Below, one piece after another: positions 38,930 through 52,745 of a stretch of DNA of 64,000 nt. Positions within the stretch are counted from its first letter, which is position 1, and each line of letters starts with the position of its first letter. The DNA lies in assembly GCF_009914755.1 (NCBI RefSeq), contig NC_060940.1; one strand, written 5' to 3'. The notes beneath the pieces are model-generated. The model did no database searches, had not been told where the DNA came from, and saw nothing but the letters and a program-made list of their open reading frames with translations. A program made the position numbers and the translations under genes. This DNA comes from the human T2T-CHM13v2.0 reference genome, Homo sapiens.

Positions 38930-39200
38930 CAGAGCCAAGCTAAGCAAACGGCTCGTGTACACAGCCCAGGTGAGATGAAAGGCCCCAGCCATCAGGCGAC
39001 CACTCAAGGTTCTTTATCGGTCGGCTGGGCCTCTGCGGGTTTGAGTAAACCCAAGTAGGCGGTGCTGGCGGAAAGTTCAAAGTCATTTTTTCGAGCAGAT
39101 AACGCAATCAAAAGTTTGTTTATCTGTTGAAATATTTAGGAGAACAAGATATCACTTTGACCTGCCTACACCTGCGACCTTTGTGAATGCAGTTAAGATG
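38930..39200. promoter_or_regulatory. Candidate enhancer with nuclear-receptor, GATA and FOX motifs
   Basis: AGTTCAAAGTCA 39074-39085, AGATAA 39097, TGTTTATCT 39117-39125, CTTTGACCT 39155-39163, local CpG retention. Confidence 0.4.
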
Positions 39201-40639
39201 TGTTTTAAGCTTGTTTGTAGTCTTAATCTTTAATGGGCTTCTGCATTTTTCAAAGGGTAGAATTTGGCATTAAAAAAAAAGAGAGAGAGAGAGATTTCTG
39301 TGCCATCAAGAGAGGTATGTTTGGTAACCTTAGCCGTTCCCACGCATTCTGGAAATCAAGAGAAAAAAGTGTATGGTCCGATCTCAGCCTTGGAATGGAA
39401 GCAGTGTATCTCCTTCCCTTAATCCAAAGCACCAAGACGTGGAGCTGAAGCTATCACCTGACTCCCCAGGCACTGGCCTTGTGGCCAGAACTGCACTTGA
39501 AGATCTCCTTAGAAGGGATGGGGACTCCAGAAATGGAGCTTTAAGTTAATCAGTAATTGGTTTGTGTCCTGGAGCCCTGGGTGTTTGAAGCCACATAGCA
39601 CTACTTTGCACAGTCCATGGTTGATCCTGTCGAAGAAAATTCATTTTGTAATATAAACAAGGACGAGAATTTGGGACACAGAAATACTCAAATAAAAATG
39701 GAATATCCTGAGTCCTACTTTTTCCCCCAACCAGGCTTTCCCTGAGCCCACTTATTTATGGTTTTTCCAACCCTACTGGGACTGTAAGATGGAGATAATA
39801 CTGTCCCCTTAACAGAGTTCTCAAGAGCTCTGAAGAGGACAGAGAATGTACATAAATGTCCACATGGTGTTTGGTATACAGAAGCAAAATATGTGGTAGG
39901 CTTCCTACTCTTTCTCCTCCTTCTCCTCATCCTCATTGTCATCTTCATCAATATCATTATCATCTGTCATCTGAATGACTCATATGTGCCTCCAAAAATA
40001 TCTTCTTCCAGCTTGATTGCGGGAAGGAGGACTCAATTCTTGCCTTTCAAGATTGGTAAAGAAATCTATGGCCTTCAGGTTTCGGGGGCAGGCTGGAGGC
40101 AGGGAAGGGAGCACCTAAGATCTGTCTACAGTTGGTTCTGTGGAGACCTCATCTGCCTGGGTGTAATTCCCCTACTAGAGGGATGAACTGAGGTCGGGGT
40201 AACCAATGGCCAACTGTCATCTCCCCAAGCCACAAAAGGGAGCCCAACTTTGACTTCACATTCCTGTGTTGGGTCTAGATCCAGAGTGGGTATAAAAGTA
40301 ATCCAGAAAGATGGGAAGGCTTGTTCAAGATGGCAGCCCCATTGAGCCTGCCACAGTCTTCCCATGTGTGATGACGCCAGCAACTCAGTTCTGAGTCACA
40401 GGCTGCTGGCCACCCCCATCATCTGCATGGGTTACATTTCTTCGGATCTAACATGTTTGCTAGTATGTTTCCAGATCCTGATCTCTCGCCTATGAAATAA
40501 AAGTAATCACTGTTTTAACTACCTCACAAGATTGCTTCATGAAATAGTCATAATCATAACTAACGTGAATGGAATCCTTTCTATGTGCCAGCCACTGTGA
40601 TAAGCAGTATTACTTTGTGTGATCTCATTTCAACTTTGT

Positions 40640-41410
<771 letters not shown>

Positions 41411-42329
41411 AAAATAAATCAACTTTATTAAAATAAAATAAGCAAATGAAATTGAATCCAAACCTTGTGGAAGTCAGAACCCACTGGAAAAGACCTCTGG
41501 TCCCCCCTGGGACAGGCCAGTGGGACAGGAAGTCTGCCGGCTCCAGTTCCAGCCATGGGCCTCCGCAGAAGCACCCTGCACACAGCCTCGCGCTGTGGCA
41601 TGAATTCCAGGCGAAGGAAGGGTCAAGATGACGGGACAAGAGCAGACGGGGATCACGAAGCCCCTGGATCAACCGAGGTCCCATCATGAGGTGGGAGAAA
41701 TGATGGATTTATATATTTAATGAAAGGGTAACTCTGGAAGAGTAATAAAAATATGGTCAAGTAGGCAGGTATGTTTGGCGCTTTTTTTTTTTTTTTTTTT
41801 TTAAATCTACACTCTGGAGCTCTCACTCTGGTACAATTCTTTTGTTAGATCAGGTAATATTTTTGAAAAACAGCATTACAAAAGGTTAAATGTAGAACAG
41901 ATGTAAGTTATAAAATACAAGCTGATCAAAGCTGAGATTTTGAGACAGATATGTTAGCAAATGATGATAAATCCGTCCCAGTAGGACTGTAAGAAGCAGA
42001 CAAATGTAACTATGGGAGAGTGAAAGTCAAGGGTTGAAACTGGGGGAAGGGGAGAAAGAGTGAAAACAAATGTTGAAGTTAATTCTGGTGAACTCACGCA
42101 GAACATCAATGAATCTATGCCGAGATAGGACAGTCAGAACGGACACAATATGCTCCATTTTCCTGAAAAGATTCATCAGATTCCTGGGTTTTGAATAATC
42201 CAATTATGGATTCAGATCCCCAAATCTCAGGGATCTCTCTTTATACCAGTTTCTGACTCTAGATTTCAACCTTTTCAAGAGACAGAGCCTGGGTTCTGGC
42301 TTAAAGCTTTAAAAATCGGCTTTAGAGTT

Positions 42330-42780
42330 TGGGTGTCTAAACTTCTCATTAAAAAGCCAGATAATTTATAGTCATATCATTAAACCGCTTCCTCAGCCTA
42401 CCGTGATAAACTTATCATTTTGGGGGGGGTAGATTTCAACAAAACATTATGAAGACTCCTTTCTTGGAAGGCGGCAGAGAAACAAAATTAAATAAATCAA
42501 GCCTCTCTGTGTCAATAAATGAAGCCCATGAGAAGTAAACTATTTACTGAGGCTTAAGTGAAACAGAAAACATTTAAAGATCAAGAAAAAAGGAGGTAAT
42601 TGTTCAGCCTGTCAGCAGGGGACCGCTGTGATAATTTGATCTGAACTCTGCTAACAAATGACCGAGCCGTTCTTCCAACTTTAGTATCTGTTTATGCTCC
42701 TACAAATTGAAACCCCACAGCTCAGCTGCACAGAACAGGGCCCAGTACAATAGCACATTGGCCCGACGATTAGTTCAAGC
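42330..42780. promoter_or_regulatory. Candidate non-coding regulatory island
   Basis: Inverted GATA pair TGATAA-ac-TTATCA 42404-42417, CTGTCA, TAATTG. Repeat-free. Confidence 0.3.
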
Positions 42781-43549
42781 TGGGGATGGATTAGCTGTCC
42801 ATCCCAGGCCTCCAAACCCTCCAGAATATTTTGTCTTCCCTGCTGAGGTAAAAGGGTGCAGACATATGCAACTAATAAAGAAACAGGCTTCTATGGACTG
42901 GAGGTTGAGTGGAAGGAATGCAGAACAAAACTATAAAATAATAATAGACAAAGGGGCAGTGAGGACTGGGGAACTCAATACCCCCTCTGCTTACCCAGGC
43001 AGGACCGTAGCACCCACATCCCCGCAAGTTTTCAAAACGGAAGGGGCCTGGTGCATGTGTGATCTCCCAGCACATGGTTGTGGGCCTGGCGTGCCAACGT
43101 TCAGGGCTGACATGAGATCAAAAGCCTGATAAATGAGAGGAAAGGGAATGTTTGACCCACTAAACCATATTCTACAAGAATCTTGGGCTTTTAAAGTAAT
43201 AAGAAGGGCTATAAATTACAATGTCTTGGGTATATTCTGATGCACATGAATGTTACTCACATGTAATGTTTTTAGAGAGATTCATGAGCAATTGAATGCT
43301 TAAGAATCCAGTCCCCTTTGACAATTCTGCATCTCCAGTCAGAGTCCACATTTGGGGAAAAGCAACTTATCATCTCTCTGGAGTTTCAGAAACTGAAAAT
43401 CATAATTAGGTAAAAAAAATTCTTTAAATAAACAGGAGCAAATTCCAAGTGACACGAGACATCCATATAGTGCTTCCTTAGACCAATAATGTGTCACATT
43501 TAGAAAGGAAACCTCATGATTGAATGAAAGAAAAGATGAATAAATGAAT

Positions 43550-43810
43550 GTAACAGGATAGCATAGGATTAGAAATACAGGCTATGAGTTTGAGGGCTTT
43601 CTCCCTCATCACAAGCTGTGTGATCAATTACTTCATTTAGCCTCTTCAAGTCTCAATTTCCTCATGTGTTAATAATAGTAATAGCCTCTGTGTCATACAG
43701 CTATTGAGAAGGAAAAGGAGGTTGTGTGCATAGGCACAGTGATTAGTACATTGTTAATTAAGGGTTCAGTAAACATTAGGTACGGTTCTGTTGATGTGGT
43801 TATTATAATT
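43550..43810 (+). mobile_element. MIR
   Basis: aagctgtgtgatc...tctcaatttcctcatgtgt. Confidence 0.6.
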
Positions 43811-44320
43811 ATCCACCAAAGACTGGATGAGTTTATAGATGGAAAGATGGAAAGGAAGTTTGGGTTAATCTACAAATAATAATAATAAGCTCTGCTGAGA
43901 GATCAGAATACATGTAAAAACAATGACTTAATACAAAGGAAGCCATCGCAAAATTTTCCTAATATTTGGATTGTTAAAACAACCCAGACTTCTGGTGTTT
44001 TCTAAATTTTCAAACCATTTGACCCAGCCTACTCTGAGGCAATGCTGACAAACCTTCCAGCAGAGGGCACTGGCCCCATTGAAAGATAGGGAGACCATTT
44101 TGAAAATGGCTGCCTTCGCTATTCCAAAGAAAACACTCACGCTAGCCACGAGGACAAAAAGCATTTATTTTTGTCTGGGCAAATTTGCCTTCAGACCAAA
44201 AGCTTCTCAAGATGGCAAATGTTCTGCCTGCTAGGATGTTGCCAGATAAAACAATTACTTACTAGAGTCAAAATAACTCCAAAAGCTATGCACTGAAGAA
44301 GGCAATGAACAATGAAAAGG

Positions 44321-44486
44321 GGTCAGGCGTGGTGGCTCACGCCTATAATTCCAACACTTTGGGAGGCTGAGGCCAGAGGGCGGCTTGAGTCCAGGAGTTC
44401 AAGGCTGCAGTGAGCTATGATTGCACCACTGCACTTCAGCCTGGGTGTCAGAGCGAGACCCTGTCTCTAAATATATAAATTAAAAA
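44321..44486 (+). mobile_element. Alu monomer (left-arm start fused to right-arm end)
   Basis: gctcacgcctataattccaacactttggg then aggctgcagtgagctatgattgcacc. TSD aatgaaaag. Confidence 0.85.
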
Positions 44487-44539
44487 GAATGAAAAGAATA
44501 CTTCACCTCAGACCTCAGCCTTTCATCCTTCAGCTGGTG

Positions 44540-44780
44540 AGTAGTTCTCTACCAAGAGGGATTTTACTCCTCAGGGGACATTTGGCAATGTCTGGAGATA
44601 TTTTTGATTGTCACAATTCGGGGTAGGGGTGGTGAGAGGTGGTTGCTACTGGCATTTGGTAGGTAGAGGCCATGGATACTGCTAAACAGTCAATAGGATG
44701 GGAATATGTTTAAGACAGCCCCCACAACAAAAAAACTGTCCTGCCCAAAATGTCAATAACGACACAGTTGGTAAACCCTG
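44540..44780. mobile_element. MER20 hAT-Charlie MITE
   Basis: caggggacatttggcaatgtctggagatatttttgattgtcacaa...gtagaggccatggatactgctaaac...aaatgtcaata. Confidence 0.9.
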
Positions 44781-45144
44781 ATTTAGACAGAGGCACAATA
44801 CTGATTTTCCACTTGGCTCAGCTTGGCTGGGGTACACATTAATTCTAAAGATGTGATGCTGTTGAGTCGAAGTCTCAGCAAATTTAAAATACTACTACTA
44901 CTAATAATAATGATGAACAAAAGCGGCTCTTGGCTGACTAAGCTTCAATTAGGAAGTAGAGAAAACAGGTGCTGAGAACACAACTTCAATTTCCTAGCCC
45001 TAAACTTCAGAGAAATCAGCAGAATCAGAAAATTGTCCATCTCTTGATATCTTCCCAAAGTGGAGAAAGCCAATGGTTAGAGACTGAATACTCGCAGCTG
45101 TATTTAGAATCCCTAAGGGATGCTGAACATGCTGGAATTAAGCA

Positions 45145-45760
45145 GAGGTGGTAGGTAAGTGGATTGAGGGAGACGGGAGCCCAGAACCTAGTCAGTCCAA
45201 TTTGTTCTGTCATTTGGCCAAGTTAGGTAACTTCTCTGGGTCTCAGTTTCTCATCTGCAAATCAAGGCTACCTCCATCTGCCTTGCAAGGCTGTGGTGAG
45301 GATTAAGATAAACAGTGTATCTAAGTGATATTTGTAATTTCAGGAATGAAATCCATACCCTAAAATGGCCAGGATATTTTACATTAAGTTCTAAAGTTAA
45401 CCAACATTGATTTGGCATTCCCTAGATACCAGGATTCAAACGGGTTACCTCACTGTAGCCTTCTGTTATTATCCCCATTTTACAGACATAGCAACTGAGG
45501 CTCAGTTGTTACATAGCTACTTAGCAGCAGAGGCAAGGTTTGAACCCTAAGTAGTCTAATGTTAGTCTACAGTTTCAACCACTACCTTACCCCACCTACC
45601 ACATTTAGAGGTGAGGGCTGGAAGAAACATTAGAGATCATTTGGACAACCCTTCTAATTTCTCAGATGTATAACTGAGTCCCACAGGGACTAAGCAGTTT
45701 GCTTGTGATAAAGCTGGCATGGAAACTGGGGGTGGGGTGGGGTCCTGACTCCCATTTCTT
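45145..45760. mobile_element. Cluster of MIR fragments (+ at 45145-45330; - at 45440-45590 and 45610-45760)
   Basis: ttctctgggtctcagtttctcatctgcaaa; atccccattttacagacatagcaactgaggctcag. Confidence 0.7.
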
Positions 45761-47154
45761 CCAACAAAGAACGGCTTTGCATTTTTTTTTTTCAAAATCA
45801 GATACTATTTTCCCAGCACAGGGTAAACACAGGACAAATCACTTAGCATGTGTATCTTAATAACCCGACTTGACTGAGATGAATGAATTCACATTCAGTC
45901 ATCATATAAGCCTATTAAATATTCTGGGAGGCTGCTGTATACATTTTAATGGATGTTGAAACACCTAGCGTGTGTTTATGGCTCTTTTAATCTTGCCAGT
46001 TTTACTAATATGATTAGTTCAGGGACCATTTCACATTGAGACTTAGGTGTCAAAACAGAACACAGAAGTTTCTAGAATGTTTTCTTTCTTGATTTTTGTT
46101 TTTTTTTTTTTTAGAATGGAATATTTGGATCTCACCTATGAGCTCAATAAGAAAAGAAAAACACAAATGACTGAAAGCAGGACTTCAGCAGCCCTGAGAA
46201 ATCATGGACGGGAATCCACCTTTGTTTACTACAAAACACCCTGCTTCACGGTTTCTCATTGTGCTACCTTCCTTCGGGGGAACCCCAGGATTTCACAGGC
46301 TGATATCCCCAGCTACATCCAAGTTTCCAGAAATGAGGATCCATAGGCACAAAGTGAGGTGTCCCCAACCCTCCCTTTTTACAGCCCATGCCTGATATTT
46401 ATCGGAACGTCCACAAGGCGATGGTGAACGGTGGCCAAATGAGAAGCTCAGTGTCTGGGAAAATGATTGAAAATGGCCAAGTGCCACAGTGAGAGTTGTT
46501 TGTTCTGGGAATGGAAGGAGGAAATTGTCAGAGGAAGTGAAATAGGAAATGAAGAGATCAAAGGGAGGAGGAAGTAAGATTGAATTGAGCCCTTTTTGGA
46601 TTCAACTTTGCACTCTTAACCCATGTGAGGCAAAAAGATTAGCCTTTAAACAGCTGGAGTTGGGGAGAAACACTTTCCAACGGGTGCATCCTGGCGACTG
46701 TTAGCTCCCACATCCCACCCCACAAATGGACTGCAGCAGGGGAGCTGAGGGAAGCCAGATCCGTTTCCTACAGAAAATCCAGTGGTGAGTGCCCCCAGGC
46801 AATCCGCAAATGCTCATTTAACCCATAACACTCTAATATGTACAACCTGAGCTCAGACACTTGCCCCCAGAAAGAAGTGGGGCTCCTCTAGAACCACCCA
46901 CTTTTGCAGCACTGATGGTGGGAAATGGGCCTTCCAAAAGGCAGAGTTTGTGATGGAAGAGTTAACAACTGGGATGAAGCTCCAGGGGGTGATGTGGTGA
47001 TGAGCTAAGGGAACCAAGCCCTAAGAAAGATCCTTTGTCCAGGCTTGAATCTCTGGTCATCTGGGGGCCTGTCTCCTTCCAATCTTAGGGTTAGTACCTG
47101 TATTTTCCAATTGGGGTTTTGTTCCCTCAGCCCATGGGGGGACAAGTCTTTCAA

Positions 47155-47480
47155 TAATAAATAGTTATTGATCACCTAGAGGGAGCCAGATACTGTCCTA
47201 GATGCTAGGAATATGGAAGTAAACAAAACAGACAAATATCTCCACTCTCACAGAGCAGATATTCTAATGAGCAGCAGGCCAATCAAGTCAGATCAATAAG
47301 TTAAATATATGGAGTTTTTAATGGTGATGAGGATTAAGAAAACTAAACCAGGGAAGTGAGAAAGGGAGTGTTTTAGGAAGGAGGCCCAGAGAGGGACCCT
47401 GAGGAGATGATATGTGAGCAGGCCCTGAGGGAGGTGAGTTAGGGAGCCTGGGGGAACATCTGGGAAGACAGCTTCTCTCC
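47155..47480 (-). mobile_element. L2a/L2b 3' fragment
   Basis: ataaatagttattgatcaccta...gccagatactgtcctagatgctagg...gaggagatgatatgtgagcaggccctga. Confidence 0.75.
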
Positions 47481-48789
47481 TACCATCCCCTCCTTGCAAT
47501 GCGCCCGCATCCACATGGTTTTCTAAGAGGTTTTACTTCTAGCAAACAGAGAGAACTTGTAAGACAAAAACAACAAAAACAAAAATAGGTTTTCTCCTGT
47601 CTTCCCAAAGGTCCACCAAGATATTAAAGATGGGACTTGGGTGTCCATCTCTAAAACACTAAAACCAGACCAATCTGCATTGTAGAGACTCCAACCAGTG
47701 TCTTCAATTCCAAGCACTTTGCCTGAGGGAGAGGTTGGGCAGTGGGCAGGGATGGAGATGGATGAGTGGGAACAGCCGTGGGCTTGGAGGATTGTCCATG
47801 GGGTTGGAGGTGGGGTCTGTCCTTGCTCCACTACTTCTGCCAGGCCTCTGCAGACCCTATTGGGTTGGCGAGATGGTGAGACTTGGGGCCTGGGGTAGGG
47901 AGGGGATTATTCCAAGTGGTGGAGAAATTCCAAAAGGCAGAGCTGGAGATAGGAGGGTGATTCCCAGGGCCACTATTCTGGGGGGACCTTACACATATAA
48001 AATCAAAGGAATGAGTCTCTGGGTCACCAATGTCTACTATCCCTGTTCTAGGGATTCAAACAGCTGCTTTTAGACACCCAGTTTTTACTCTACAGCCGTA
48101 TACATTAACCAGGAGGAGATTTGTGACATCAACAAGCAATGCTAAGATAACACACACATGGGCACGCACACACACATGCTGGATCCGAGAGATCTGACAG
48201 TCATTACCAAAAGCTGACAATTAGTTTGGTATCCAGCATGCAACTGGGGTCTGTAATTTCCAGGTCCAGAACTCTGCCATCTCTTGGTTTCTTGGCACCT
48301 GAATACCAGGTAAGGTTCAGACTTTGTCTGACACCCCCATTCCTTGTCTGAGGACAGCTTGCAACTTGACCTTTTTGATTATTTCTATTTCTCTCTGGAA
48401 ATTCAAACAGATGTTGGCTCAGGTCTTGCACACTTGAAGAACTAGATCACGTTGTTCTATCTCTCAGCCCACACACTTTACCAAGAACACTGTCCTTCCG
48501 GGGGCTGACTCCTCATGATGGCTTCTGGCACTGAGCACCTGTTGCCAGAGCATCATCTCACCACCTGGCACGTGTGGTCCCCATGCCCCATGGTTTCCAG
48601 ACTCAGAAATGGAACCAGCCCCACCATGATTCTCAGTCCCACCCTACTCCCAGCACACACACGCGTACACACACACTCATCCTGTCTGTACCTAGTAGAC
48701 TTTGCTGAAGGTTTGGAATGATAGAAGAGGAGGAATGGCTAGAGATTTGGATTACAGCTGTGCAGATGACTTTTCAATTGCCACGTTTT

Positions 48790-49197
48790 TTTGTTCTTTT
48801 GCTATAACCACTTACCATCTATGCTACTGATTACTTAATATGTTTCTTCAAAGAGACTCTCTACTTAAACAGTTTATTTTATAAGAAAACTTTATATTAT
48901 GATTGTAAATAGGAAACCTGGCATAAATAGAATATAAATAGACACACAAAAATAGTGTTATTCATAGAATTAGCTAAGATATATACCTAAAACTTGCTCT
49001 TTTCTTGTTAAAAGGAAAGCTGGCAAGAATTAGCAAAGTATTAAAGGCATATGAGCACCGAACTTAGACTTTCTCTTGTCATTATGATCATAAGAAGGAT
49101 CAAAAGAGTTCATTTCCTCATTAGCTCATGAATTAGTGTTGTGCCCATGTGTCACCTAAAAATCACTTGAGTGCCACTGGAACTTTGGGAAATGCTA
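48790..49197. mobile_element. MER113-like hAT-Charlie element
   Basis: gaaaactttatatt...gcataaatagaa...ttgttaaaagg...gcaccgaacttagactttctc...actttgggaaatgct. Confidence 0.65.
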
Positions 49198-50099
49198 AAC
49201 TAACCACTAATCAATAGTTATGCCCTTATATTTAATTTGCTCACTTTTTTTTCTCTAGACTGAAAGTCCCTCAAATGCAAACAATAGACTTGTATTTCTT
49301 AACAGTTTCACCCAAGAACCAGCAATTTTAGAGCTCATAATAGGCACTCAATAAATGTTTGTTGCCCTGGTCAAATCTAGCTGCATCTTAGGTTTAGAAC
49401 TCTTGGCAGGCTGTGTTAATATATTTCTGGAGTTTTCTGGAGTATTATCATGCTCTTAAGAATCTCTGAATGACCCTGAATCAAACTGTTAGAAATATCA
49501 ACTTCTTTCTAAGAATCCTAGAGAAGATACTTTTGAAGGTATCATCTCAGTTTCCACTCAGTTCCCGGGGTGCTCAAACTATACTATTTCTTTCTCTTTA
49601 AGAGTTCAAGGAGACAGATCAGCTCTGTGATACTGCCCTCACAAGACATGATCAGACAATCCAATTTTTTTCCTATGATGAAATTGATCTATAAAATGGC
49701 TCTCACACTCATGATGACAAATACTGAAATTTTGAATTAGCTCTTGAGCTCAATTTTCTTTTCCATGAGTATTTTATAGTGAGATCAACTTTCAGAGGAG
49801 AAGGTGCACAAAGACTCGTGAGTAACTTTGTCTCATTAACAACCTGGAGAAATCCCAAGCTTCTCTTCATTGTCCTTCCTGGTTTGTTTAGTGGCCTGAA
49901 TGGATGGGTGGGGGTGGGGGAGGAAGAAAGAAAAATTGGTATTGAAAATTATACTTGAGAACATAAATCCTTTTTGTGAAGCAAAAGAAGAGCATGTTGA
50001 TCTGTTCCAAAGATAGGTTTCTAGACTTCTTGGACTATGAATCCTTTTTTAAAAAATTAGCCTCATATTTAACATGTAAGGACAATGCCATATATTGCT

Positions 50100-50450
50100 A
50101 TAGTTAAGGCCTGAGTAGAATCTCAATGAATCCCCAACAGAAGTGATTTGTTAGCAGGCACTTCAGATCACCAGCGACAATTCATTTCTGTAAAATAATG
50201 TAAACTAATTATCTACAATGCGGAAGCAAAGACTGCGCCTGCATGATAAATTGCAGAATATTGCATTATAAAAAGAAATATTAATTCACATAACATAAAA
50301 TTAAAATTGATGACAAACTTTTTCCTCTTTTAATTGTTTAATTTTTTAATTACTATTGTCTTGCAGCAGCAGACATCACATACCTCAAGAGGCACACAAA
50401 TGTATTTGCCTGAAAGCACATTCTTTGCAGAAAAAAATGTTTATTCAGAA
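50100..50450. promoter_or_regulatory. Candidate conserved non-coding island
   Basis: TAATTA 50206 and 50347, TAATTG 50331, CTATTGTC, TGATAA. Repeat-free and AT-rich. Confidence 0.35.
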
Positions 50451-50904
50451 AATGAGTGTTTATTAGTTCTTTCTTTTATTTCATGAAAATTTATTTTCTC
50501 TCCTGGGAAATAAATTTTAATGTGCTGTCTTTTTTTTTTGCAGTGGGAGGATTTTTTCCTAGCACACGAGTACATTTTTTATCAGAAAAAATCTTAAACT
50601 TTTAATAAAATGAAGGAAGCAAAACCATCAAGATAAACACAAAATTTTAAGAATTAACATTCTGGCTGGAGGGTTGCACTTTATACTTTCTCTCAACCAC
50701 AAATTGTTATTTGCCACCATTTTCTCTCCTGAGCACTTAAGATAAACCCGAAAACCTGATGGAGAGATTCCTACCACTTAGTTCTCCTTATAGATGCAAC
50801 AGGAAAATGCCTAAGTTATTTGTTTCTTTGCTGTTCCAAATGAAATTAAAAATATAGATCTTGCTAAGAATGCCAATCAAGCAGGTGGCTCTTAGGGCAT
50901 TACA

Positions 50905-51300
50905 TGATATGGTTTGGCTCTGTGTCCCCACCCAAATCTCCTGCTAAATTGTGATCCCGAGTGCTGGAGGTGGAGGCTAGTGCAAGGTGATTGGATCATG
51001 GCGGTGGTTTCTAATGGTTTAGCACCATGGGGGTGTTGTCTTGTGATAGAGTTCTAACGAGATCTGGTTGTCTGAAAGTGTGTAGCACCTACCTTTCTCT
51101 GTTTCTTCCTCCTGCTCCACCACGTAAAGAAGGCGCTTGCTTCCCCTTCACCCTTCTGCCATGATTGTAAGTTTCCTGAGGCTTCCCCAACCATGCTTCC
51201 TGTACAGCCTGTGGAACTGTGAGCCAACTAAACCTTTTTTCTTCATAAATTACCCAGTCCCAAGTAGTTCTTTATAGAAGTGTGAGAATGAATTAATACA
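50905..51300 (+). mobile_element. MSTA/THE1D-like solo LTR with 5-bp TSD TTACA
   Basis: tgatatggtttggctctgtgtcccc...gtgagaatgaattaataca. ttaca at 50900-50904 and 51301-51305. Confidence 0.9.
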
Positions 51301-51469
51301 TTACACTAAGATTGGATGGTGGGAGAGACCATTTAATCAATGGGGCATTTCTAGGGCACCATCTTATTAGTGGTTCTTCATTCAAGCTACCAACCAACTT
51401 ATCCCCGATCACTCCACAGCTTTCACTTCAGTGGCATCTGGAAATTTGGAGGATTTGAGTATTTAGACC

Positions 51470-51965
51470 CACAGCTCTGAATGAGTGGCCATGGGCCATG
51501 TGACTCTGCTCCCTTCCCTTCACAGCCAAGGCTGACTGGCCCAGAGGTCCTGACCCAAAAGTAACAGTTCTTTAGATAGCTGAGGACAAGTCTGGTACCA
51601 AGAGCTCTGCCTAAATCAAGGTGAGAGGGTCAATCAGAGTCCTCTCCTGGGAATATGAGCTGAGAGGCTGAGTTAGTTAGGGTTGTATAGATGGGCTGTG
51701 CTGTGTTGTAGACTGGTGGCCATCTTGAGTCAGATGGAAATCAAGAGGAGACAGACATAATCAGAACAAGAAAAAGCAGATACAATACATGGGGGTAGAC
51801 CTTGAAGGAAATATGAAGAGTATTGATTCTTTAGCTTGTGACCATACTTGGCTCTATTGTTTTTGGATTCTAGACCTTAGCATCCTTGCAATAATACCCT
51901 CTTTTTATTTGCACTAGCTTGAGTGGGTTTCTGTGCCTTGCAAGCAAAATTGCCATGACCAGCAT
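51470..51965 (+). mobile_element. Old MLT1 (L/M/N-like) LTR
   Basis: 3' end ctagcttgagtgggtttctgtgccttgcaagcaaaa; caatcagagtcctctcctgggaat. Confidence 0.55.
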
Positions 51966-52466
51966 ATCCTTTGAGGAAGCACATTGGCTGCTTCTCAATA
52001 GCCACCTCCTCTCACCTCTGGATCTTTACACGTCTTTTACACTCTGTCTGCCTGGAGCACCTTTCTTCTGCTTTCCTTTGCTGAATCAACAATTGCCTTT
52101 CCCTTATATCTGATGCAGAGACCCCCTCACCTCCCCAGATGACTTTGCAACCCTCCACAAGTTGGGTGGTCTTCTCCTGTTCCCACAGTCTCTCTGCTGT
52201 GGTCTTCACCACTGTGAAGTAATCAACATCTTATATGTCTGACTTTGAGCTCTGCAAAGCAAATGGAAAGACCATAACTTTCCATCTCTTTATTCTATGA
52301 AAACAGGACACCTTTTTTGTTGCAAGATGGAAAGCCTACAAATCAACAGATAATCTTGCAGATACGTTCTTTGACCTCGCATTCGAAATTCCTTCTCACC
52401 TATTTCTCACTACTGAGCCTCATATTCTATTCCATTCAATAAAACAAAGATCTCAAGAGCCTACAT

Positions 52467-52745
52467 GCAGGTACAAAAAAAAAATAGAAAGAATGAAAGA
52501 TCTAGTATTTGGTAGCAAAACAGAGTGACTATACTCAATAATAATTTAATTGTACATTTAAAATAACTCAAGGAGTATAATTGGATTGTTTGTAACACAA
52601 AGTATAAATGCTTGGGGTGACGGATACCCCATTTACCCTGATGTGATTATTATGCATTGTATGCCTGTATCAAAATAACCTATAGACCCCATAAATATAT
52701 ACATCTACTATGTACTCACAAAAATTAAAAGTTAAAAATTTCAAA
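52467..52745 (+). mobile_element. Short L1MA2/L1MA3 3' end with TSD AAGAGCCTAC
   Basis: taattggattgtttgtaacacaaag...gataccccatttaccctgatgtgattatt. aagagcctac at 52455-52464 and 52746-52755. Confidence 0.9.

Noticed and set aside
41430-41700. GC-rich segment with overlapping ORFs upstream of a T run, suggesting a processed pseudogene
   Set aside because: No recognisable protein, no TSD, and the T run (41782-41802) is on the wrong side for a minus-strand tail
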